A DNA stretch of 64,000 nucleotides from Dehalococcoidia bacterium (GTDB taxonomy: Bacteria > Chloroflexota > Dehalococcoidia > UBA2979): positions 2,784,001 to 2,848,000 of the forward strand of contig OZ253555.1 in assembly GCA_965262725.1 (NCBI GenBank). Reading direction: 5' to 3'. The notes below the pieces were generated by a model. The model was not told where the DNA came from, did not search any database, and saw only the letters and a program-made list of their open reading frames with translations. The position numbers and the translations under genes were made by a program. Numbering within the stretch: position 1 is the first letter of the stretch; every line of letters starts with the position of its first letter. Positions 49,754-58,799 of the stretch are shown here, piece by piece.

Positions 49754-51424
49754 CTAGCCCCCGCGCGCGGCGCGTGCCAGAAGCTGGCGGCCGATCACCT
49801 TCAGCTCCAGCACTGGCTTGACGCCCTCGAAGATCGGGAGCACCAGCGCGTCCACGACGTACCGCGCGATCGGGTCCTCCTCGGAGAAACCCCAGCCGCC
49901 GTGCAGAAGCTGCGCCTCGCGCGTCACCTCGCCCGCGATGTCGCAGGCCAGGAGCTTCGCCATCGCCGGCTCCACGGCGCGTGTGTCGAAGTCCCGGGCC
50001 GCGACGTAGGTCAGCTGCCGCGCCGCCGCCGTGTGCGTCGCCATCACGCCGATCTTGTGCTGGGTCAGCTGGTACTCGGCGAGCGGGAGCCCAAACTGCG
50101 AGCGCTGCGTCACGTACTGACACGCCTTCTCGAGACCGGCCTGCGCCACGCCGATCGCGCGACCGCCGGTCTGCAGCCGTCCCGCGGCGAAGCCGCCCAT
50201 CTGCACGAAGAAGCCGTTGCCGATGCCGTCGTCCCCGCCGACCAGATTGGAATGCGACACCCAGACATCGTCGAGCGCGATCGTAAAGGAGTGCATGCCG
50301 CGGTAACCCGGCGTGGGGTTCGCCGTCCCCTCCATGACGCCACCCTGCGGCTGCTCGTAGCGCCAGTGGTGCCCCTCGAAGGTGGGTTTCGGCACCATGA
50401 AGAGCGAGAGACCGCGGTTGCCCGAGGCGGGATCGGGATCGGTGCGCGCGAGCAGGGCGAGTACGGTGGCGCGCCCGGAGAACGTGCTCCACGCCTTCTG
50501 CCCGCTGATGCGCCAGCCGCGCACGCCCTCGTGCTCGGAGGGGACGGCGCGCGTCTGGAGCGAGGCGACATCGGAGCCCACATCGGGCTCCGTCACCGCA
50601 ATCGCCACCAGTTCCTCGCCGGTGGCGATGCGCGGCAGCCACTGCGCGCGCTGCTCATCCGTGCCGCCGGAGAGGAGTGCCTTCGTCAAGATCTCCGGAC
50701 GCGTAGCGAGCGATCCGGCCGCCGCCAGCGACGCCATCGAGAGCTCTTCGGTGATGATGATCATCGGGAGATCGCCCATACCCGTCCCGCCGTACTGCTC
50801 CGGGATCGAGGACCCGAAGAAGCCCTGGCGCGAGAAGGCCTCCAGCAGCGAGTCGGGCACGAGCATGTCCTCGCGATGGATCTGCTGGGCGATCGGCGCG
50901 ACCTCGTTACGGGCGAACTCGCGTGCCATGTCGCGCGTCAGCGTGGCCGTCTCGTCCTCGAGGTCGACGTTGTTTGCGCCGAGGGTGGCGATCACCTCTC
51001 GGCCGAGCTCGCGCAGCCGCCCGTCCGCAAGGCCGCCGCGCAGTTCCACTCGGAGCGCCGGCTCGAGCAGCGGGCCGAGGTCGTCCTCCTCGAGCCCGAA
51101 CTCCCCCCACGCCGCCTCGATCGCCGAGCCGAGCGCGTGCGCGATCTCGGCCGCGTAGGCGTGCGCCATCATCGCCTGCCGCCAGTCCGGCTGGCCCTTC
51201 GCGGCGAGACGCTCTGCGTACGAAGTGAGTTCGTGCGCGGCCCGCACCTGCGTCGCGAGGTAGGAGACGCGCTCGACGTGCACCTGATGGTCGTCGATCC
51301 GGCGGCCGCCCTCGGTGAGCGCCGCAGCGCTCCGAAGCGCCGCACCAACAACACTCGTCGACGCCTCTACCAGCCGCCGCGCCGAGGCGATGGCCGCGCC
51401 CGGCGTGGTCTCCGTCGTCGTCAT
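49754..51424 (-). CDS. Acyl-CoA dehydrogenase, (2S)-methylsuccinyl-CoA dehydrogenase-like
   Basis: 556 aa with N-terminal extension; GSLATRPEI, TEPDVGSD, GYRGM, RLQTGGRAIG, IFEG; adjacent to mch. Confidence 0.75.
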   Translation of the reverse strand: MTTTETTPGAAIASARRLVEASTSVVGAALRSAAALTEGGRRIDDHQVHVERVSYLATQVRAAHELTSYAERLAAKGQPDWRQAMMAHAYAAEIAHALGSAIEAAWGEFGLEEDDLGPLLEPALRVELRGGLADGRLRELGREVIATLGANNVDLEDETATLTRDMAREFARNEVAPIAQQIHREDMLVPDSLLEAFSRQGFFGSSIPEQYGGTGMGDLPMIIITEELSMASLAAAGSLATRPEILTKALLSGGTDEQRAQWLPRIATGEELVAIAVTEPDVGSDVASLQTRAVPSEHEGVRGWRISGQKAWSTFSGRATVLALLARTDPDPASGNRGLSLFMVPKPTFEGHHWRYEQPQGGVMEGTANPTPGYRGMHSFTIALDDVWVSHSNLVGGDDGIGNGFFVQMGGFAAGRLQTGGRAIGVAQAGLEKACQYVTQRSQFGLPLAEYQLTQHKIGVMATHTAAARQLTYVAARDFDTRAVEPAMAKLLACDIAGEVTREAQLLHGGWGFSEEDPIARYVVDALVLPIFEGVKPVLELKVIGRQLLARAARGG

Positions 51425-51463
51425 GGGAACCCCCCTTAGGTCACCGCAGCTGGCGGACGGCGC

Positions 51464-52561
51464 CTAGCGCGCCATGGGCATCAGCACCGTGTAGTCGAGA
51501 TCGAGCACGACCGCGGGGTGGTAGCGCTCGCGGCCGTTCTCGCCCCTCACGCGCAGCGTCACGTCCTCGGTTGCCGGATCGGCGTTCTTCGCCGCTACCA
51601 GGCGCAGCCTGAGCGCGGCGGCGTCCGGGCGCCCGAGGTCGATACGCTCGAGCACGTCTGTCCACGCGAAGATGGTGTCGCCCGCGAAGGTCGGGCTCGC
51701 GTGCGTGCCGCCGTTGAAGGCGAGCACGCGGACCGCGTTCTCCAGTCCATTGAACGAGAGCTCCCGCGCCACGGAGATGACGTGGCCGCCGTAGATCACG
51801 CGGCGCCCGAAACGGCTCCCCTTCAGGGCATGCGCGTTGAAATGCGCGCGGGCCGTATTCTGGTAGAGACGCGCGGCCATCTGGTGCTCCGCCTCCTCGA
51901 TCGCGACACCCTCCACGTGGTGAATGCGCTCGCCCGCCTCGTAGTCCTCCCACCACGCGCGGCCGCCGGTCACTGCGGGATCGAAGGCGGCGAGGTCGAG
52001 TTCGGGCGGGACCACCAGGTCGGTGCTCGTGACGACGTCCGGCGTCGCCGGCGCGTCGTCGATTCCGGTCACCTCATCCGGCTCGCGCTTCGCCATGAGC
52101 ACCCAGCGGAGGAAGGAGAGCACCTCCTCGCCCCGCTGATTGCGGCCCACCGTGTGCACCCAGACGGCGCCGGTGTCACCGGAGCGCGACTCCCGGCGGC
52201 CGAGCACCGTCGTGCGCGAGCTGAGCGTGTCGCCGGGGTAGACAGGGGGGCCGAAACGCACGTCCGCGTAGCCTAGGTTGGCGATGGCATTGAGCGAGAT
52301 ATCCGGAACGGTGTTGCCGAACACGATGTGGAAGACGAGGAGATCGTTGACAGTCTCCCGCCGGAAGCCGAGTGCGCGCGCGAACTCGGCGTCGCAGTGC
52401 AGGGGGTAGCGGCTGGCGGTGAGCGCGATGTAGAGCGACTGATCGCCCTCGGTGACCGTGCGCGGCACGGCATGCTCGACCTCAAGCCCGGTCACCAGGT
52501 CCTCGAAGTAGTTGCCCGTGGTCGCCTTGCCGACCGCGGTCGCCGCCTCCCCTTTCGCCAC
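51464..52561 (-). CDS. mch: Mesaconyl-C1-CoA hydratase (double MaoC hot-dog fold)
   Basis: GNYFED, FHIVFGNTVPDISLNAIANLGY, IEEAEH...RLYQNTA..HFN, YGGHVIS, VVLDLDYTVLMP; co-linear with Chloroflexus Mch as recalled. Confidence 0.88.
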   Translation of the reverse strand: MAKGEAATAVGKATTGNYFEDLVTGLEVEHAVPRTVTEGDQSLYIALTASRYPLHCDAEFARALGFRRETVNDLLVFHIVFGNTVPDISLNAIANLGYADVRFGPPVYPGDTLSSRTTVLGRRESRSGDTGAVWVHTVGRNQRGEEVLSFLRWVLMAKREPDEVTGIDDAPATPDVVTSTDLVVPPELDLAAFDPAVTGGRAWWEDYEAGERIHHVEGVAIEEAEHQMAARLYQNTARAHFNAHALKGSRFGRRVIYGGHVISVARELSFNGLENAVRVLAFNGGTHASPTFAGDTIFAWTDVLERIDLGRPDAAALRLRLVAAKNADPATEDVTLRVRGENGRERYHPAVVLDLDYTVLMPMAR

Positions 52562-52676
52562 GCGCACCCCCCGCCCGCGCCCATTGTAGGGCGAGGGGAT
52601 CGATACGCGCCCGGAGCGCCGGCGGGGGTCGATATACTGCGCTCGGACGGCAAACGACCGGGAAGGGAGAGGCGAC

Positions 52677-52904
52677 GTGGGGTCCAAGGAGCTAGCGGCG
52701 CTGCTCACCGTGCTTGAGCAGGAGCTCGCGCGCGGGCGCGAGGGGCACATCATCGGAACGTGGACGATCCGGTACGAGAAGGAGCGCAGCGCGTTCTCCT
52801 TCGACAAGTGCGAGAACGACGGCTACTGCGAGGAGCGGCCCGCCGTGCTCGCGCTCGACGGCTCCGTGCTCGACCCGGGCGGCCCGATCGTGATCGGGGG
52901 TTGA
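52677..52904 (+). CDS. Hypothetical 75-aa protein with CxxxxxC
   Basis: GGAGAGG RBS, upstream TATACT at 52633-52638, typical codon usage. Confidence 0.6.
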   Translation: MGSKELAALLTVLEQELARGREGHIIGTWTIRYEKERSAFSFDKCENDGYCEERPAVLALDGSVLDPGGPIVIGG

Positions 52905-52908
52905 GGCC

Positions 52909-53784
52909 ATGACGGACACGACGTCGGTGGCCGACCTCTCACACTGCGCGGTCGCCGTGCGCGACCTCGACGAGGCAGTCACCACCTACGAGCGGCTCTT
53001 CGGGCTTCAGGTCGGTGAGCGAGGCGCGAACCCGTGGGGGCACTTCCGCTGGGCGCAGATGGGCTGGGCCGGCGAGCAGGCGATCCAGTTGATCCAGCCG
53101 GAGAGCGACGACACCCACGTGACGCGCGTGATGCGTGCACGTGCCACGGAGAAGAACCCGCACGGTGAGGGCTACTACATCTCCGTCTGGACCACACCGG
53201 ATCCTGCCGCCCTCGCCGCGCGCATCGAGTCGAGCGGCGGGCGCGTGATCGACCGCGGCGACGGATCCGGCGTCCACTGGGTGCACCCCTCGGCGGCGCA
53301 CGGCGCCTTCCTCGAGATCGTTCCTCAGAAGGCGCCCACGCCGGAGGGGACCCCGCTTCGGATCTCGCACCTCGGGGTCGCGGTCGCCGACCTCGACGAG
53401 GCCGAGGAGACCTTCCGAGAGCGCTTCGGCTGGGTCCGCCCGGACGAGCGATGGGTGCTCGAGTCGGGCGACTTCGAGGCCGCCTCGATCTTCGCCGGCG
53501 ACGCGCAGGCGATGACACTGATCCAGCCGCGCACCCCGGAGAGCCCGATAGCCGTCGAGATGCGCAGGCGCGCCGACGAGAAGAACCCGCGCGGCGAGGG
53601 GCCGCACATCTCGGTCTGGACGTCGCCCGACACGGCCGCCGTCGCCGAGCGCATCGAGGCGGGCGGCGGCCGTGTGATCCGGACGTCGGGCTGGCCCGGC
53701 GCCGGCAGCATGCTGATCCCCCCGTCGGTGACGCACGGAATGCTCATGGAGGTGACGCCCCAGCGCGCCGAGCCAGCGCACTAG
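52909..53784 (+). CDS. VOC-family protein with two methylmalonyl-CoA-epimerase-like modules
   Basis: Internal duplication SH.AVAV.DLDEA...LIQP...EKNP.GEG..ISVWT.PD.AA.A.RIE..GGRVI...HG...E. Confidence 0.75.
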   Translation: MTDTTSVADLSHCAVAVRDLDEAVTTYERLFGLQVGERGANPWGHFRWAQMGWAGEQAIQLIQPESDDTHVTRVMRARATEKNPHGEGYYISVWTTPDPAALAARIESSGGRVIDRGDGSGVHWVHPSAAHGAFLEIVPQKAPTPEGTPLRISHLGVAVADLDEAEETFRERFGWVRPDERWVLESGDFEAASIFAGDAQAMTLIQPRTPESPIAVEMRRRADEKNPRGEGPHISVWTSPDTAAVAERIEAGGGRVIRTSGWPGAGSMLIPPSVTHGMLMEVTPQRAEPAH

Positions 53785-53917
53785 CGAGGAGGTCGCGCGT
53801 CGGGCGGCACCGGCGAAGGGAGCGGCGATGAACTGAGCACGGTGAGGTTTGCACCACTCGACGGGGAGCCCGGGCGGAGCGCCCGTGGTTCGAAGAAGTC
53901 ATGGAGGTTCACCAGGC

Positions 53918-54331
53918 ATGGAGACGTTCAAGCGCCCGATCGGCCTGTATCTCATCGCAGTCGCGGTCGCCGTCGCCGTCCATTTCGTTCTCGACCCCGT
54001 GATCTACGACTGGGCGGACGGCGAGACGCCGCCTGTCTGGCTCGTCCTCGACGCCCTGATGGTGGTCGGTCTTGTCCTCGCCATCATCCTGTCCTGCCAG
54101 GCGAAGCGCGCCGCGGACGCGATGGACACCGTCGACGTGCGCCAGTACGTGCGCGCCAACGTGACCTTCTACGTCGCGGCCGGCCTGCTCCTGCTCACGC
54201 TCTGGAACATCGTGCAGATCGACTGGTCGGCGGGGGACCAGCAACCCGACGGCCAGGTGTGGGTGCTGATCGACACGGTCCTGCCGCTGCTCTTCTTCTC
54301 GCTCGGTCGGCGGCTTGTTCGGGAGGGCTGA
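53918..54331 (+). CDS. Hypothetical 4-TM membrane protein
   Basis: GGAGG upstream; four hydrophobic helices. Confidence 0.6.
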   Translation: METFKRPIGLYLIAVAVAVAVHFVLDPVIYDWADGETPPVWLVLDALMVVGLVLAIILSCQAKRAADAMDTVDVRQYVRANVTFYVAAGLLLLTLWNIVQIDWSAGDQQPDGQVWVLIDTVLPLLFFSLGRRLVREG

Positions 54332-54467
54332 CCGCCCCGTCTTCCGCCCGTAAGCGCTCATGGCGAGAGCGCGGGCGCCCGGCGGCCGGCCTTCGTTGGG
54401 GAGGCGCTGCCGGGCGCTCGTGCGGCAGGGTCGCCCGCTCCCGAAGCACGTGAGCGGAGGCCGCGTC

Positions 54468-55745
54468 CTAGAACTCGCGGCGGCGGAGTTGACCCGCCGG
54501 GCGGCGGTAGTAGGCGATCAGATCCGTGGGCGGACGCGCCGCGAGGACGAGCGGGACGCCGACGGCGACGACCGCCGCCGAGATCAGCCAGCCCGGCGTG
54601 TAACCGCCCCCCGAGTCGACGATCAACCCCACCGTGAGGGGCCCCCCGAACGACCCGATCGTGACCCACAGTCGGGAGAGACCGGCGATCGTGCCGAAGC
54701 TCGTCGTCCCGAAGTAGTCGGCGAGCAGAGCCGGACGGAGTGGGGCCGTCCCGCCGAAGCCCGGCGCCACGATCAGCATCACGAGGTAGCTCTGCTTGAG
54801 GGTGTGCACAAGCGGCATTAGCGCGATCCCCACCGCCATCAGGGCAATCGCACCGGCGAGTATCACGCGCTTATCGTAGCGATCGGCGAGCCAGCCGCCG
54901 GAGAGACGCCCCACGACCGAGGCGAGCGCGAAGGCGAGCACCGTGCTCCCCGCCTCCGCCTTGGAGACGCCCAGCGACTCCATGAACGGCACCTGGTGCA
55001 CGATCAGGGCGGTCCAGCCGAAGCCGTTGGCAATGAGGCCGAGCGCGAGCAGCAAGAAGGCGCGCGTCCGGATCGCGCGGCGCGCGGGGATGCCCCAGGC
55101 ATCGCCCCGGGCGCCGCCGTCGTCCGCAGCGGCCGGGAGACCATCCATCGGCTGCGGATGCCCCCGGGGCCGGCGGCGCACGTTGACCCCGGCGAGCGAA
55201 CCGGCGAGCAGCACGACGACCGCGAGCACGCGGAGGGCGATGCGCCATCCGAGCTCGTCGACGAGCAGCGCCACCGGCACCGTCATCACACCCGCCGCGG
55301 CGCCCCCCAGCGAGAGCATCGCCAGCGCGCGGCCGCGGCGCGCCTCGAACCAACTCGCCGCGGCCACCGTGCCGACCGGCCCCGAGGCGGAACTGATCCC
55401 GAGCGCGATCAGCACCATCGCCAGGTAGAACTGCCAGATGCTCTCCATGTAGGAGGTCAGCAGGACCCCCAAACAGACCAGTGCCAGCCCGCCGATCAAC
55501 ACCCTCTGCGGACCAAGTCGGTCGATGGCGACGCCGATCACGGGCGCGGCGATGCCGCCCGCCTCCGAGCGCACCGAGAAGGCGAGGCTCGTCGCCGCCA
55601 CGCTCCAGCCGAACTCGTCGATGATCGGGTTGAAGATTGTGCCGAAGCCGTAGAAGAAGGCGCCCCCGATGAAGGTGGTGATCGCAGCCGCCGAGAAGAC
55701 GACCAGCCAGCCTTCGTAGACGTTCGGGAAGAGGCGCCTGAGCAC
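54468..55745 (-). CDS. MFS transporter (OFA/MCT-like)
   Basis: Y.GWLVV, EFGWS, WFEARRGRA, GWLADRY, DYFG...FGTI; about 12 TM. Confidence 0.85.
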   Translation of the reverse strand: MLRRLFPNVYEGWLVVFSAAAITTFIGGAFFYGFGTIFNPIIDEFGWSVAATSLAFSVRSEAGGIAAPVIGVAIDRLGPQRVLIGGLALVCLGVLLTSYMESIWQFYLAMVLIALGISSASGPVGTVAAASWFEARRGRALAMLSLGGAAAGVMTVPVALLVDELGWRIALRVLAVVVLLAGSLAGVNVRRRPRGHPQPMDGLPAAADDGGARGDAWGIPARRAIRTRAFLLLALGLIANGFGWTALIVHQVPFMESLGVSKAEAGSTVLAFALASVVGRLSGGWLADRYDKRVILAGAIALMAVGIALMPLVHTLKQSYLVMLIVAPGFGGTAPLRPALLADYFGTTSFGTIAGLSRLWVTIGSFGGPLTVGLIVDSGGGYTPGWLISAAVVAVGVPLVLAARPPTDLIAYYRRPAGQLRRREF

Positions 55746-55937
55746 CGGCCCGCCCCTCGCCCCTGCGCGCCGCCCGCGCGACGGGCGTCGGGCCGGCCTC
55801 ACGCTCCGATGACGCTCTCCCTCGCGTCCGCCATCATACAGAGGCTCGCGCCGGCGGCGGCCTTGCGGCGACGCCCGGCCTCGTGCACGGTGCGCGGGCG
55901 CCGGGGCCGCCCTGCGAGGTGTGGCGAGGAGCGTGCC

Positions 55938-56735
55938 GTGGACTATTCGGGATTTCGCGACATCGTCGTCACGGTCGAGGATCGCGTCGCCACCTTCCGC
56001 ATCGACCGGCCAGAGACCCTGAACTCGTTCGGGCCAGACAGCTGGAACGAGTTGCTGACCCTCGCGCGCATGCTCAACGAGGATGACCAGGTGCGCGCCG
56101 TGGTCTGCGCCCCCGAGGGACGGGGCTTCAGCTCCGGCGCCTACGTTGGCGAGCGGGGCACACCCGACCCCTCAACCGCGCCGCGCTTCGCCGACCGCAC
56201 GCATCGCATGGGAAACGCAGCCATCGGCCTCGCGATGCCCTCCATCGACAAGCCGACCATCGCGGTGATCGACGGCGTCGCCGCCGGGGCGGGGATGGCC
56301 TTCGCCTGCTCCTTCGACATCCGGATCCTCGGACCGGGCGCACGCTTCACGACGGTCTTCGTGCGCCGGGCGCTGGGTCCAGATTGCGGCCTTACCTGGT
56401 TCCTGCCGCGCTTGGTGGGACCGGGGCTCGCGGCGGAGTTGCTCTTCTCGGGCCGCGAGGTGGGGGCGGAAGAGGCAGCTCGGATCGGGCTGGGCAACCG
56501 CCTCGTCGACGACCCGCGCGGCGAGGCGCAGGCGCTCGCTCGCGAGCTCGCCCAGGCGCCCCCGCTCTCGATCCTGTGGTCGAAGCGCGAGCTGCAGGAG
56601 AGCGACCGCCACACCCTCAGCGAGCAGATCGAGTTCGAGTGGGTGGCCGCCCGGCACTTCCGGGGCAGCCGTGACGTCGAGGAGGGGATGCGGGCGTTCC
56701 GCGAGAAGCGCGAGCCCCGCTTCACGGGGGAGTAG
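55938..56735 (+). CDS. Enoyl-CoA hydratase/isomerase (crotonase) family
   Basis: DRPETLNS, KPTIAVIDGVAAGAG, PDCGLTWFLPRLVG, EGMRAFREKREPRF. Confidence 0.88.
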   Translation: MDYSGFRDIVVTVEDRVATFRIDRPETLNSFGPDSWNELLTLARMLNEDDQVRAVVCAPEGRGFSSGAYVGERGTPDPSTAPRFADRTHRMGNAAIGLAMPSIDKPTIAVIDGVAAGAGMAFACSFDIRILGPGARFTTVFVRRALGPDCGLTWFLPRLVGPGLAAELLFSGREVGAEEAARIGLGNRLVDDPRGEAQALARELAQAPPLSILWSKRELQESDRHTLSEQIEFEWVAARHFRGSRDVEEGMRAFREKREPRFTGE

Positions 56736-56766
56736 CGGCCCACATGGCGGCGACGCCGCCGCGCGC

Positions 56767-57765
56767 CTATTCCCCTGCGGCCGTTCCCACGACGGGCAGC
56801 ACGTCCTCGATCAGCGACTCGAGCGTTCGGTCGGCGAACCCGGGCTCGATGCCGCCGAAGTCGACCCAGGCGATGGCCGTACCGAGGCCGAGCTCCTCGA
56901 CCTCGAGCAATCGCTCGGCGACCGTCCGCGCAGAGCCGTAGACGCAGGCCCGCTCGAGGAAGTCGTCGAGCTCGTGCGGCTCGTTCACTTCGTGGGCGCG
57001 GGCGATGTAGCCGGCCATCGCCTCGCGCGCGATGGCGTACGCCTCCTGATCGCTCGGGGCGATGACGACGTGACGCAGCGCCGCCGAGTGCGCAAGCAAC
57101 GACTCGCTCTCGGCCTCGCTCGCCCCCGCGGCCGAGAGCGTGCGCCGGTAGATCTCGACGGTCGGAGCCAGACGCGCCCGCGGGAAGCGGCCGAGCAGCA
57201 TCGGCATCCGGGCGTGCGCCGCCGCGATCGAGGAGTCGTCGTGCACGATCGCGCGCAAGAGCGGCGGGTGCGGGAGCTGCTGGGGCCTGAGCCGCCCGCC
57301 GGGGAAGCGCACCGGGAAGTGCGGACCCCGGTGCTCGAAGGCCTCCCCGCTCCAGATGCGCGGGAGCAGCGCCAGAGCCTCGTCGAAGAGTTCGTGCGGA
57401 TCCTCGAAGGCCAAACCGAGGGCACGCGCCTCCACTCCCGCCCGCCCGCTCCCGACGCCGACCAGCAGCCGGCCCCCTGAGAGCACGTCGAGCACGGCGA
57501 GTTCCTCGGCGAGCTGGAAGGGGTTGTGCAGGGCCAGGATCAACGCCGCGAAGCCGATACGGATGCGCGACGTCCGCGCCGCGACCGCCCCCGCGAGCAC
57601 CACCGGGTTGCCGATCGTCCCGTAGGAGGTGAAGTGACGTTCGGCGAGCCATACCGACTCGAATCCGCCAGCCTCCGCACGCTCGGCGTGCCGGAGGAAG
57701 CGCCTCAGCGCCGCAGCTTCATCACCCGGCCGTGACTGGATCGTGCTGAAGAGCCCGAGCCGCAT
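56767..57765 (-). CDS. LLM-class flavin-dependent oxidoreductase
   Basis: GFESVWLAERHF, RTSRIRIG, AEELAVLDVLSGGRL.VGVG.G, PQQLPHPP. Confidence 0.9.
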   Translation of the reverse strand: MRLGLFSTIQSRPGDEAAALRRFLRHAERAEAGGFESVWLAERHFTSYGTIGNPVVLAGAVAARTSRIRIGFAALILALHNPFQLAEELAVLDVLSGGRLLVGVGSGRAGVEARALGLAFEDPHELFDEALALLPRIWSGEAFEHRGPHFPVRFPGGRLRPQQLPHPPLLRAIVHDDSSIAAAHARMPMLLGRFPRARLAPTVEIYRRTLSAAGASEAESESLLAHSAALRHVVIAPSDQEAYAIAREAMAGYIARAHEVNEPHELDDFLERACVYGSARTVAERLLEVEELGLGTAIAWVDFGGIEPGFADRTLESLIEDVLPVVGTAAGE

Positions 57766-57922
57766 GTGCCCCCGAGACCGGACCCCGCTCGGATGCGACC
57801 TCCGACGGTGACCGCTCCGCCTCGGTCTCCGCAGGGTCGCGCGGCACGAGTCTAGCGGGGCCGCGGGCGTCGCGACAGGACCGCGCGCGCTACCCTGCCG
57901 GGGAAGCGGGGGAGCGTCGCCT

Positions 57923-58762
57923 GTGGAGAACGGAGTCCGGCGCGGCTTCGTCGCCACGTCGCTGGGGCAGCTGCACTACCGCACGGCCGGAGCGGGGCCG
58001 CCGCTCGTGCTTCTTCACAACACGTGGCTCTCCTCGCGCATGTTCGGCGCCGCCCTCCCTGGACTCGCGAGGGAGTTCGAGGTCTTCGCCATCGACACCC
58101 TAGGACAGGGGCAGTCGGATCCCGCGCCCGCGGGCGCGATGGAGATCGCCACCTACGCCGCCGCGCTCCGCGAGGCGATCGTGGAGCTCGCCCTGACGCG
58201 CCCCGCGATCGCCGGACAGGCGACCGGGGCCGCGATCGCCGCCGAGGCCGCGGCCCAGGATCCCGACGGCGTCCGGCGCCTCGTGCTCACCGGGCTGCCG
58301 TTGTGGCGCAACCCGGCCACGCGCCTCGCGCAGCTCGATGTCGAGACCTTCGCCGACTGGGAGCCCGGCTCCGACGGCGAGGGGTTGAGGCGCGCCTGGC
58401 AGCAGCACGGTCGCGAGGCGCTCTCCGGCTACGACGGCGCCACCGATGTGCTCGTCGACTACCTGAGGCCCGGTCCGCGCACCAGCCTCGCGCTCCGGGC
58501 GCTCTTCCGCTGGGATCCGCGGGAGCGGCTGCCGCTCGTCACGTCGCCGACTCTGGTTCTCTCCCACGCCGGCAACATCTTCTCCCGCAACGCGCCGCTC
58601 GTCGCCGAGCTCCTCCCGCGGTGCGAGCTTCGCATCGTCACCGAAACGGTCCCCCACCCGCACCAGGCGATCTTCGCCGAGGAGATCGCCGCCTTCTGCC
58701 GTCGGACGACGGATAGGGACGACGGCCAGCCGTCTCCACCGCCCCCGCCTGGCGTACCCTGA
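57923..58762 (+). CDS. Alpha/beta hydrolase-fold protein with non-canonical elbow (GQATG)
   Basis: GQLHYR..G.GPPLVLLH, AIDTLGQGQSD, PTLVL. Confidence 0.75.
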   Translation: MENGVRRGFVATSLGQLHYRTAGAGPPLVLLHNTWLSSRMFGAALPGLAREFEVFAIDTLGQGQSDPAPAGAMEIATYAAALREAIVELALTRPAIAGQATGAAIAAEAAAQDPDGVRRLVLTGLPLWRNPATRLAQLDVETFADWEPGSDGEGLRRAWQQHGREALSGYDGATDVLVDYLRPGPRTSLALRALFRWDPRERLPLVTSPTLVLSHAGNIFSRNAPLVAELLPRCELRIVTETVPHPHQAIFAEEIAAFCRRTTDRDDGQPSPPPPPGVP

Positions 58763-58799
58763 GGCCAGGCCTCCGACAGGGCTGCGGGGAACGCGAGGC

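Noticed and set aside
44751-52561. Autotrophic 3-hydroxypropionate bicycle
   Set aside because: Only mcl and mch are present; the key enzymes mcr and pcs are not in the window, and the Mcd-like gene points to a different pathway
52677-52904. Mycofactocin or other RiPP precursor
   Set aside because: Lacks the C-terminal IDGxCGVY motif and there is no radical SAM maturase nearby
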